NCBI GenBank assembly: GCA_036004685.1
Contig: DASYRE010000026.1
Location: 45,772-109,771, forward strand
DNA: 64,000 nucleotides
Origin: Candidatus Polarisedimenticolia bacterium
GTDB lineage: Bacteria > Acidobacteriota > Polarisedimenticolia > Gp22-AA2 > AA152
Direction of reading: 5' to 3'
In this document: positions 18,855 through 27,102 of the stretch, one piece after another
Position numbering within the stretch: position 1 is the stretch's first letter
How the letters are laid out: every line of letters starts with the position of its first letter
Program-made: the position numbers and the translations under genes
Notes under the pieces: generated by a model
Seen by the model: the letters and a program-made list of their open reading frames with translations, nothing else
The model's database searches: none
Told to the model about the DNA's origin: nothing

Positions 18855-19580
18855 ATGGCCGCGCGACGGATCACCCGGAAGGAGATGAAGCGGGACGAGT
18901 TCATCACCGCGATCGGGCGCTTCACCCTATGGATGGAGGATCACGCCCGGGAGGCGCTCATCGTGGGCGGAGTCCTGGTCGCGGCGGCGCTCGGCTCGGT
19001 GTTCTTCTTCCAGTATCTCGGCGAGCGGGAGGTCAAGGCCTCGGCGCTGCTGGCGCGCGGGGTGGAGATGCTGCACGCCACGGTGCGCGGCGCCGGCGAT
19101 CCGGCCGCGCCCGCCGGAGGCCTGGTCTACGGATCGACCGACGAGAAATACCGCTCGGTGATCGATCAGATGGACGCCCTCATCCAGACCTACCCGCGCT
19201 CCCAGTCGGGGCGGCTGGCGCTCTATTACAAGGGGCTGGCGCTCACCGGCCTCCGGAAGCCCCAGGAGGCGGTGAAGACCCTGGAGGAATTCCTGGCGGC
19301 CTCCCCCGACAGCTTCGCCGCCCCGATGGCGCGGGCGGCGCTGGCGCGGGCGCTCGACGACGCCGGCGAGCCGCAGAAGGCGGTCGACCTGTACGAGCAG
19401 CTCGCCCAGGACGCCAAGGGAGTCTATCCGCCGCAGGAAGCGCTCTGGGAAATGGGGCTTTGCCTGGAAAGGATGGGCAAGAAGGACGAGGCGAAGAAGG
19501 TCTACGAGCGGCTCACGCGCGACTTTCCCGACTCGGACTATTCCCAGGAAGCCCAGGGACGGCTGAAGAGCCTTTCCTAG
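18855..19580 (+). CDS. membrane-anchored tetratricopeptide-repeat protein (YfgM/YbgF-like)
   Basis: Basic N-terminus then a TM segment ([19 protein letters not shown]), followed by TPR-like helical repeats. Confidence 0.6.
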   Translation: MAARRITRKEMKRDEFITAIGRFTLWMEDHAREALIVGGVLVAAALGSVFFFQYLGEREVKASALLARGVEMLHATVRGAGDPAAPAGGLVYGSTDEKYRSVIDQMDALIQTYPRSQSGRLALYYKGLALTGLRKPQEAVKTLEEFLAASPDSFAAPMARAALARALDDAGEPQKAVDLYEQLAQDAKGVYPPQEALWEMGLCLERMGKKDEAKKVYERLTRDFPDSDYSQEAQGRLKSLS

Positions 19581-20002
19581 AAGGGGACTTCGTCGTCGTT
19601 CATCTCGGGCGCGCCGAGGTCGGCGGCGGTCTCCGGCCCGGGCGCCTCGGTCTCGCCGCGCGCGCCGCCTTCCGCCCGGCCCATCATCAGGACGCGGACG
19701 GCCCGCACCTCGGTCGTGTAGCGCTTGTTCCCGTCGCGATCATCCCACGAGCGGGTCTGCAGCGAGCCTTCGACGTAGATCTGTTTCCCTTTCGAAAGAT
19801 GCTCGCCGAGAACCTGGGCCTGCTTTCCCCAGACGACGACCCGGTGCCATTCGGTGCGCTCCTGCTTCTGACCCGCCTTGTCGGTCCACACTTCGTTGGT
19901 CGCCACGCTCAAATTGGCGACCGCCGTGCCGGTCTGAGTGTATTTGACCTCCGGGTCCCTTCCCAGATTGCCGATCAGGATCACCTTGTTCACGCTCGCC
20001 AT
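19577..20002 (-). CDS. ssb: single-stranded DNA-binding protein
   Basis: [24 protein letters not shown]-fold and an acidic C-terminal tail ending DDEVPF. ATG at 20002. Confidence 0.85.
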   Translation of the reverse strand: MASVNKVILIGNLGRDPEVKYTQTGTAVANLSVATNEVWTDKAGQKQERTEWHRVVVWGKQAQVLGEHLSKGKQIYVEGSLQTRSWDDRDGNKRYTTEVRAVRVLMMGRAEGGARGETEAPGPETAADLGAPEMNDDEVPF

Positions 20003-20087
20003 CACGCCACCTCGCCACGGAGGGCCCGCCATCGCTCGAAACGGCGTCAGGTTACCACAGCCCCGGGAGAGAGCGCCAGCCTGGGAT

Positions 20088-20612
20088 TCAGGGGACTTCC
20101 GGCGCGTCCTCGATGGCCTCCACCAGAATCCCCCCATGACCTTCGACCTGCCAGTGGCCATGGATCTCCACCGCTTGGCCGGGACGTTGCGCGAGCGCGC
20201 GTTCCAGCTCGTCGGCGGGTCCGGCCACGGAGCACGTCAGCGCCCTCGGTTCCTTCATCCGGTCGAGCACCAGGACAACGTGGCCGTTGCGCTTTTCGAG
20301 CTTGCCGGTCACGGTCAGGCGGACATCCGCGGGCACCGGCGTGAACCCGGCGTCGTGCACCGCCCGCATCAGCTTGGCAGGATCGACCCAGGCACCTGGC
20401 TTGAGGATGACCCTGAGGTACGGGGGATCGAGGAACAGTTTCGCGTCGTCAACGCCAGCCTGGCGTTTGAGCCCTTTGATGAGGCTGAACCCTCACGTCG
20501 CTCACGTGGCGCCTTTCACTCCGAGACGAACGTCCCTGACGTCGGCGCCCGCCGGCGCGGTCAAGAGCGCCGCAAGAGCCAGTGCCGATATGACGCTTCG
20601 AAAGCCGAGCAT
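20088..20612 (-). CDS. putative periplasmic selenoprotein: signal peptide + heavy-metal-associated (HMA) domain with U-x-x-U in place of C-x-x-C + C-terminal OB-fold (BOF/YgiW-like) domain; requires readthrough of two in-frame TGA
   Basis: ATG 20612 with RBS GGAGGAC. Signal peptide [23 protein letters not shown]. Frame then reads [65 protein letters not shown], a full HMA fold pattern (GMTCxxC...GV...V..DP......L..A..DAGY). TGA codons at 20504..20502 and 20495..20493 are in the same frame as track ORF 20369..20088. Confidence 0.6.
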
Positions 20613-20637
20613 CTTGTCCTCCAGTCGACTGGAATCT

Positions 20638-21573
20638 CTAAAAGAACATTTCCCAGCCGGCGCGAACCTCGTAATTGAAGTTGGTTTCCCTCTCGTCGCC
20701 GCTGTCGAGGAGCGGCACGAAGACGCCGACCCGGTATTGATTGCGGCCCTTGGTGATGATCGGAGTCACCTGCAGGCCCGCCGTCCGATGGGCGTTGCCG
20801 GCCGGTACGCCGCCTTCCAGACGATCGTCGCCGACCGCCTCGGCGTGCACTCCCGCCGGCAGGTTGACGCCCAGGTCTTCCGCGACATTGGGGCGTACGA
20901 CCCAGCGACCGTACGCCGCATCGAATTCGATAGTGTCGCCCCGGCGGAAGCCCCTTCCAAATTCGTGCCGGTAGAAGGCGCTCGTCCAGGCGGAATCGAC
21001 GAGCCGCTCGCGGTCGACCGCGTAGCCGATCTCGACGCCGTGCCGTCCGCTGCCCGGCTGCTCGGAGGGCAGAAGGCGTTCGCCTCCGGGACCGCCGCGG
21101 TCGTCATCGCCGGTCGGAACCTTCCACCCGACGACCAGCGCCTGGCCCGACTGAAAGCTCGTCTCCTGACGCAGGCGGAAGCGGACCTTGGCCGAAAGAA
21201 GCGCATCTCCGATGCCCGCCACGCGGGTCTTCTGACTCGTTCCCGCGACGTTCTCCTCGAAGTCGGTCTGCACGACAGGCAGCTGGACGCGCACGTTCAC
21301 GAAGCGGTTGATGCCGTACTGCAGGCCGTACTCCTGCCCGAACTCCCGGGAACCTTCGCCGCCTGGCTCGGAGGCGCCACCATGGCGCATCAATCCAATC
21401 CGGATTTCGGGATGAAACACACCCGGGCCGAAGATGGTCGGCGTCTCGCCCCAGAGCGGCTCGTGCGCGACCGCCGCCCCCAGCGATCCGACAAGGCTCG
21501 CCAGGGCCGCCGTGAGACGGAGGCAAACCCGGACCGCCTTGGCACCGGCGCGCTCGCGTGGCGGCCCCCTCAC
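20638..21573 (-). CDS. outer-membrane beta-barrel protein (MetA-pathway/transporter-like OMP family)
   Basis: Signal peptide (..CLRLTAALASLVGSLGAAVA-HEP). Alternating amphipathic beta-strand pattern. C-terminal aromatic terminus ...RAGWEMFF typical of OMPs. ATG 21573 overlaps the tlpA-like stop (ATGA). Confidence 0.6.
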   Translation of the reverse strand: MRGPPRERAGAKAVRVCLRLTAALASLVGSLGAAVAHEPLWGETPTIFGPGVFHPEIRIGLMRHGGASEPGGEGSREFGQEYGLQYGINRFVNVRVQLPVVQTDFEENVAGTSQKTRVAGIGDALLSAKVRFRLRQETSFQSGQALVVGWKVPTGDDDRGGPGGERLLPSEQPGSGRHGVEIGYAVDRERLVDSAWTSAFYRHEFGRGFRRGDTIEFDAAYGRWVVRPNVAEDLGVNLPAGVHAEAVGDDRLEGGVPAGNAHRTAGLQVTPIITKGRNQYRVGVFVPLLDSGDERETNFNYEVRAGWEMFF

Positions 21574-22148
21574 GGCTTGCCACCGTGAGAGGCGCCGGAG
21601 CGCTCGACTCCCGCGAGCGCTTTGCGAATCGCGCGCTCAATCCCCCTCTCCTCCCCCCGGAGATAACCGGCGTTCACGAATCGCACGAGACCTCGGACAT
21701 CGATCACGACGGATGTCGGGTGCGCCTCGATACCGTAAAGCGCTCCGATGCGAGCGTCCGGATCGAGAAGCACCGGATAGGTCACCCCGATCTCCGCGAC
21801 CGCCCTGGCTACCTCGTCGCGCTCAGGGTTCATCTCCGTGACGCCAAGGACCTGCAGCCCGCGGCCGGAATAGCGGCGATGGATCTTCTCGAGCTCCGGC
21901 ATTTCGATCCGGCACGGGGGGCACCCCACGGCCCAGAAGTTCAGCAGCACGACGCGTCCGCGAAGCGACTCGAGCGTGACCGTGCCGCCATCGAGTCGCG
22001 CGGTTGAGAACGGTGGCGCCGGCATCCCCGGGGCCAGTGCCTCGGGCGCCGAGGCGAGGGCGCTCGCACCGAGGAGCAGGCTCAAGATGAAAGCGAAGAC
22101 GCGCTTGTTCCAATACGCAGACGGTCCTGATGTTGGTGCAATGGTCAA
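21570..22148 (-). CDS. TlpA/ResA-like periplasmic thiol:disulfide oxidoreductase (thioredoxin fold)
   Basis: WAVGCPPCRIEMPELEKI CxxC active site. Signal peptide RVFAFILSLLLGASALASAPEA. Probable TTG start at 22148 with RBS GGGAGAGAA; the longer track ORF extends to 22253 without a convincing start. Confidence 0.7.
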   Translation of the reverse strand: MTIAPTSGPSAYWNKRVFAFILSLLLGASALASAPEALAPGMPAPPFSTARLDGGTVTLESLRGRVVLLNFWAVGCPPCRIEMPELEKIHRRYSGRGLQVLGVTEMNPERDEVARAVAEIGVTYPVLLDPDARIGALYGIEAHPTSVVIDVRGLVRFVNAGYLRGEERGIERAIRKALAGVERSGASHGGKP

Positions 22149-22903
22149 GGATTCTCTCCCATGACGCGCAGCAAGCCCGATCCCCGACGGCCGTGGGGTT
22201 CGTCCAGTGAGTGTGGTTTCGAGTCTAGGAGAGAGGAGGCGCGCGGGAGGCACGCGCTGGCGGTGAAGGATCCGGCTGTGGGTCGGCCGCCAGCGCCGGC
22301 GGGCGGCCCTCGCAGGTCAGGCTCACTTCGATTCGGGGCGAACTCGGCAAAGTTGCGGATTCATGCGAGTCGGAACGAGGCACAAGCCACTCGCTTGCGG
22401 CCGACCTTTCGTTCCGGACAATCGGCTTGCAGCAATCCGGGATGGATGAGCCGAGCTCCGCTTGTGGCGCGCCCTGAGAAGGCAATCCGACGGAGCAGCA
22501 CGGAGCGTCTCGGACGCAGCAGAACGGCATGCTCGGCCAGCCGATCGTTAGCACCACGATCGCAACGGCCGCGGCTCTTCCCACACGCCTGTTCAACCGC
22601 CTACGCGACCCGACTGTGGACGACATGCCTGAAGATTAGCATGACGATCATGATGGGGACAACCATGGGACTTCCTCATCTCGCACGCCCCAAGGGCCAA
22701 GGCAAGACAATCTGCTTATTCCTGGCGCCGGTGTACTCCTCCACGGTTCTCATGAATGGTGCGCTCCAGCAGATCGAGGAGCGCGGGCGGATGGCGGCGC
22801 GGTTTGATGCTCCGGATCGATTCTGACAGAATACGCGCTCCCGGCGGCCGGCTCCTCCGGGATCGATCGTCATCGTGGACCGGGATCGGCGACGGCGGAG
22901 GTC

Positions 22904-24475
22904 ATGGGCAGGCACCAGGGGATGATGCGCAGCGCCGGCGCCATGAGCGTGACCACCATGCTCAGCCGGATCCTCGGGTATTTCCGGGACAACCTGCAGG
23001 CCACGATCCTCGGAGCCGCCAACTCCTCCGACGCCTTCATCATCGCGTTTCGCATCCCGAACCTGCTGCGGCGCCTGGTCGGGGAGGGGGCGCTGACTTC
23101 GGCCTTCGTCCCCACCTTCTCGCGCTACCTGAAGGACGGCGATCCTGGCAGGCTCTGGCGCTTCGCCAACCGGATGTTCTACACGCTGCTCATCATCCTC
23201 ACCGTGCTGACCGTCCTCGGCATCGTCTTCTCTCCCCAGCTGGTGAAGGTCCTGGCGTACGGCTTCCGCGTCACGCCCGACAAGTGGGATTTGACGATCC
23301 AGCTCAACCGGCTGATGTTCCCTTACATCTTCTTCATCTCGCTCGCCGCGCTCGCCAGCGGCATCCTGAACAGCCTCGATTCCTTCGCGCTCCCCGCGTT
23401 CACGCCGGTGCTCCTGAACCTGGCGATCATCGTCGCGGCCCTGCTCCTTTCTCGGAGGTTCTCGAACCCGGCCTACGCCTTCGCGTGGGGCGTGCTCGTC
23501 GGCGGGCTGCTGCAGTTCCTCGTGCAGGTGCCGTTCCTGATCCGCAAGGGGATGAGCTTCCAGCCCGAAGTCTCCTTCACCGATCCCGGAATCCGGCAGG
23601 TGGGACGCCTGATGCTGCCGCGGATCTTCGGGGCGGGGATCACGCAGATCAACCTGATCGTCGACTCCCAGTTCGCCTCCTCGCTGGCGGTGGGGAGCGT
23701 CTCCCACCTTTATTACGCCGGCCGCGTGACGGAGCTGACGCTCGGGATCTTCGCCATTTCCCTGTCGACGGTGATCCTGCCGGCGCTGTCGCGCCTGGCG
23801 GCGGAAGGGAAGGCGGAGGAGGTGCGGCAGACGCTGCGCGGCGCCCTCCAGCTCATCTTCTTCATCTGCCTGCCGGCGGCCGTCGGGCTCATCCTGCTGA
23901 GGGTCCCGATCACCAGCATCCTCTTCGAGCGCGGCCGGTTCGACGCCGAGGCGACCCGCTTCACCGCCCAGGTGCTCGGGTACTATTCCGTCGGGCTGCT
24001 GCCGTTCGCGGCGGTGAACATCCTGGCGGCGGCGTTCTACGCGCACCACGACACCCGCACGCCGGTGAAGGTCGGAGCGCTGACCTTCTTCGTCCATCTC
24101 GGCCTCAACTTCTGGCTTCGCGGGCCCCTCCTGGCGGGGGGCATCGCTCTCTCCACCTCGATCTCCGCCATCCTCGACATGGTCCTCCTCTTCTACCTCT
24201 TCTCCCGGGCGCACGGGCAGCTCTGGGATTCCGGCGTCGCGAAGAGCCTCCGGGACACCTGCGTCGCCGGCGGCGTGATGGGGATCGCCGCGTTCTTCGG
24301 CGCCCGCCTCGCCTGGCTCGCCTCCGATCACTCCATCCTCGTGCGCGCCGCCGCACTGAGCGCGGTCATCCTGGCTTGCGGGGCGATCTTCCTGGGCGCG
24401 GCGCTGGCTTTAGGAAGCCGGGAGGTGGGGGAAGTGATCGCCCTGCTGCCGCGCCGCGGGCGGAAGTCGCCGTGA
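22904..24475 (+). CDS. murJ: lipid II flippase MurJ (MviN)
   Basis: About 14-TM MOP-superfamily protein, conserved N-terminus LGYFRDNLQATILGAANSSDAFIIAFRIPNLLRRL. 523 aa. Confidence 0.85.
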   Translation: MGRHQGMMRSAGAMSVTTMLSRILGYFRDNLQATILGAANSSDAFIIAFRIPNLLRRLVGEGALTSAFVPTFSRYLKDGDPGRLWRFANRMFYTLLIILTVLTVLGIVFSPQLVKVLAYGFRVTPDKWDLTIQLNRLMFPYIFFISLAALASGILNSLDSFALPAFTPVLLNLAIIVAALLLSRRFSNPAYAFAWGVLVGGLLQFLVQVPFLIRKGMSFQPEVSFTDPGIRQVGRLMLPRIFGAGITQINLIVDSQFASSLAVGSVSHLYYAGRVTELTLGIFAISLSTVILPALSRLAAEGKAEEVRQTLRGALQLIFFICLPAAVGLILLRVPITSILFERGRFDAEATRFTAQVLGYYSVGLLPFAAVNILAAAFYAHHDTRTPVKVGALTFFVHLGLNFWLRGPLLAGGIALSTSISAILDMVLLFYLFSRAHGQLWDSGVAKSLRDTCVAGGVMGIAAFFGARLAWLASDHSILVRAAALSAVILACGAIFLGAALALGSREVGEVIALLPRRGRKSP

Positions 24476-24918
24476 AAATCGTCCTCCAGCGCGTGTCGCG
24501 CGCCGCGGTGCGCGTCGAGGGGCGGACGGTCGGAGAGATCGGCCGCGGGCTTCTCCTGCTGGTGGCCATCGAGCGGGGCGACACCGAAAGCATTCTTGAC
24601 TCGCTCGCGGACAAGGTCGTAAACTTGCGTATCTTTCCAGACGAGGCTGGCCGGATGAACCGTTCCTCTCTCGACGACCGCGCGGAGCTGCTCGTGGTTT
24701 CCCAGTTCACGCTCGCCGGCAGCCTGGAGAGGGGCCGCCGCCCGAGCTTCGAGAACGCGGCGGCGCCGGAAATCGCCCAGGAGCTTCTCGAGCGCTTCCT
24801 GGAAAAGCTCCGGAAGACCCCCCTGCGGGTCGAAACGGGCCGCTTCCGGGCGGCGATGGAAGTCGAACTGGTCAACGACGGTCCCGTCACGTTCGTCTTG
24901 GAGGGAGGGAAAGCGTGA
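24472..24918 (+). CDS. dtd: D-aminoacyl-tRNA deacylase
   Basis: VKIVLQRVSRAAV...SQFTL..motif, ~148 aa. GTG 24472 overlaps the murJ stop. Confidence 0.85.
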   Translation: MKIVLQRVSRAAVRVEGRTVGEIGRGLLLLVAIERGDTESILDSLADKVVNLRIFPDEAGRMNRSSLDDRAELLVVSQFTLAGSLERGRRPSFENAAAPEIAQELLERFLEKLRKTPLRVETGRFRAAMEVELVNDGPVTFVLEGGKA

Positions 24919-25805
24919 GCGGGGACCGGCTCCTGCCTTCGTTTCTTCATTACCTGACGGTCGAGCGCGGCCTCGCGGCCAACACGCTGCAGGCCTACGG
25001 GCGTGACCTCAAGCGCCTCCAGGAATCGCTGCAGGGTAGAAAAATCTCGCTGCGCGCCGCGCGCCGGCAGGATCTCCTGGGCCACGTCCGGGCGCTGCGC
25101 CAGGCCGGGCTGTCGCCGAAGTCGGTGGCGCGCGCCATCAACGCCTTGAGGATGTTCTATCGCTTCCTCGTGGCGGAAGGGGAGCTGCGCGCCGATCCGA
25201 CGGCCGATCTGGACGTTCCGCGCACCTGGAAGAGCCTGCCCCGATTCCTGAACTTCCAGGAAGTCGATCGCCTGCTCGCCGCCCCCGACGTCTCCCGGCC
25301 GCTCGGCATGCGGGACCTCGCCATGGTCGAAGTGCTGTACGCCACCGGCATCCGCGTCTCGGAGCTGATCTCCCTGCGCGTGGAGGATTTGAACCTCGAC
25401 GCGGGCTACCTCACCTGCAAAGGGAAAGGCTCGAAGGAGCGCATCGTGCCCCTCGGGAGGAAGGCGATCGAGCGGCTGCAGCCCTACCTCCGCGACGTGC
25501 GGCCGCACCTCATCCGGCGCGGCGAGTCGGGCAACCTGTTCACGAACCGCAGCGGCGCGCGGATGTCCCGGCAGGGGTTCTGGAAGATCCTGAAGGGATA
25601 CGGCGCGGCGGCGGGGCTCAAGCGGCGCCTGAGCCCCCACGTGCTGAGGCATTCCTTCGCCACGCACCTCCTGGAGCACGGCGCGGATCTGCGCTCGGTG
25701 CAGATGATGCTGGGCCACGCGGACATCTCGACCACGCAGATCTACACCCACGTGAACCGCGAGCGGCTCCGGCGGATCTATCACGATTTCCACCCGCGCG
25801 CCTGA
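24915..25805 (+). CDS. xerD: tyrosine site-specific recombinase XerD/XerC
   Basis: R..HxxR..Y catalytic box (LRHSFATHLLEHGADLRSVQMMLGHADISTTQIYTHV). GTG 24915 overlaps the dtd stop. Confidence 0.8.
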   Translation: MSGDRLLPSFLHYLTVERGLAANTLQAYGRDLKRLQESLQGRKISLRAARRQDLLGHVRALRQAGLSPKSVARAINALRMFYRFLVAEGELRADPTADLDVPRTWKSLPRFLNFQEVDRLLAAPDVSRPLGMRDLAMVEVLYATGIRVSELISLRVEDLNLDAGYLTCKGKGSKERIVPLGRKAIERLQPYLRDVRPHLIRRGESGNLFTNRSGARMSRQGFWKILKGYGAAAGLKRRLSPHVLRHSFATHLLEHGADLRSVQMMLGHADISTTQIYTHVNRERLRRIYHDFHPRA

Positions 25806-25850
25806 GCCCGTCCGGCGCGGTGCCGCGGCGACCTCTCTCCCCGCGCTTTC

Positions 25851-25880
25851 TTGACACCCTCCCGAACCGGGTGTTAGATT
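25851..25880 (+). promoter_or_regulatory. sigma70-type promoter upstream of accA: TTGACA-N17-TTAGAT(T)
   Basis: -35 TTGACA at 25851-25856. -10 TTAGAT/TAGATT at 25874-25880. Confidence 0.45.
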
Positions 25881-25913
25881 CGAGCACCTTGCGAGGCTCG
25901 CCCGGGAGACCCC

Positions 25914-26876
25914 TTGAGCCGTCAGGAAGAATCCCTCGAACAGCCCATCCTGGAGATCGAGAAGCGGATCGACGAGCTGACCGGAGTTCCCGGCGGCGAG
26001 GACCGCACGCCGGAGATCGAGCGCCTCAAGCGGCAGCTCCAGGATCTGCGCGGCGAAATCTACTCGCACCTCACCGCCTGGCAAAAGGCCCTTGTGGCGC
26101 GGCATCCGAAGCGCCCCTACACCCTGGACTACATCCAGATGCTGTTCAACGGGCTCGTCGAGATCCACGGCGACCGCAAGTTCGCGGACGATCCCGCCAT
26201 CGTCGGAGGCTTCGCGACGTATCAGGGAATGCCGGTGGCGGTGGTCGGTCACCAGAAGGGCCGGGACATCCGGGAGAAAATCCGCCGGAACTTCGGGATG
26301 CCGAGCCCGGACGGCTACCGGAAGGCGCTGCGCATCATGAAGCTGGCCGAAAAGTTCCGGCGCCCCGTGTTCTGCTTCATCGACACTCCCGGGGCCTATC
26401 CGGGAAAGGGGGCCGAGGAGCGCGGCCAGGCGGAAGCGATCGCCGTCAACCTGCGCGAGATGTCGCGCCTGCGCGTGCCGGTCCTGGTCACCGTCACCGG
26501 GGAGGGAGGCAGCGGAGGAGCGCTCGCCATCGGCGTCGGCGACCGCGTCAACATGCTCGAGCACTCGATCTATTCGGTCATCAGTCCGGAGGGATGCGCG
26601 GCCATCCTCTGGAGCGACGCCGGCAAGGCGCAAGAGGCGGCGAAGGCGATGCGCATCACGGCGACCGATCTGAAGGAGCTCGGAATCGTCGATCAAGTCG
26701 TTCCCGAGCCGGTCGGCGGAGCCCACGCCGATCCGAAACGCTCGGCGGAGCTTCTCGACGCGGTGCTGTCGGCGCAGCTGGAGGAGCTGGTGCGGATGGA
26801 TCCGGCGAGGCGTCTCGAGTCGCGTTACGAGAAATTCCGCAAGCTGGGACGGTTCGGCCAGTCCAAGTTCCTCTAA
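25914..26876 (+). CDS. accA: acetyl-CoA carboxylase carboxyltransferase subunit alpha
   Basis: Collinear with AccA ([27 protein letters not shown]...GAYPG). TTG start at 25914. Confidence 0.9.
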   Translation: MSRQEESLEQPILEIEKRIDELTGVPGGEDRTPEIERLKRQLQDLRGEIYSHLTAWQKALVARHPKRPYTLDYIQMLFNGLVEIHGDRKFADDPAIVGGFATYQGMPVAVVGHQKGRDIREKIRRNFGMPSPDGYRKALRIMKLAEKFRRPVFCFIDTPGAYPGKGAEERGQAEAIAVNLREMSRLRVPVLVTVTGEGGSGGALAIGVGDRVNMLEHSIYSVISPEGCAAILWSDAGKAQEAAKAMRITATDLKELGIVDQVVPEPVGGAHADPKRSAELLDAVLSAQLEELVRMDPARRLESRYEKFRKLGRFGQSKFL

Positions 26877-27102
26877 AACTTGCCCAGACGCTTCAGATTC
26901 AAGACCCATCCAGATAGCTTTCCTGCTGAGCCTTGAGACGTCCCGGCCCGCGAGGCGATAATCGAGAGCCTCCTCCCCCGCGTCCCTCGACCCCAAACAA
27001 TACCCCCGTCATGCTAGCGGTTGACGTATAGTTCTGGGCAGGATTCCACCATGCCCGCCGTTGCGCTTGCTGAGGCGCCGTCCGTCCTGAGGGGGGAAAA
27101 CC

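Noticed and set aside
20493-20504. Two TGA codons interpreted as a pseudogene or frameshift
   Set aside because: Considered, but both stops fall exactly on the two Cys positions of the HMA CxxC motif. The frame is otherwise intact with host-like codon bias and a good RBS, so selenocysteine recoding is the more parsimonious reading, though unproven.
22676-24331. 551-aa minus-strand ORF and 22756..24918 plus-strand ORF
   Set aside because: Antisense and alternate-frame readings of murJ. The real genes are murJ (22904..24475) and dtd (24472..24918).
24915-25805. xerD as evidence of an integrated mobile element
   Set aside because: No flanking phage/transposon genes, direct repeats or tRNA-adjacent att site were seen. 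Context (murJ-dtd-xerD-accA) is housekeeping, so it is the chromosomal dimer-resolution recombinase.
24366-26996. 876-aa minus-strand ORF
   Set aside because: Antisense to xerD and accA, which both carry clear catalytic motifs on the plus strand.
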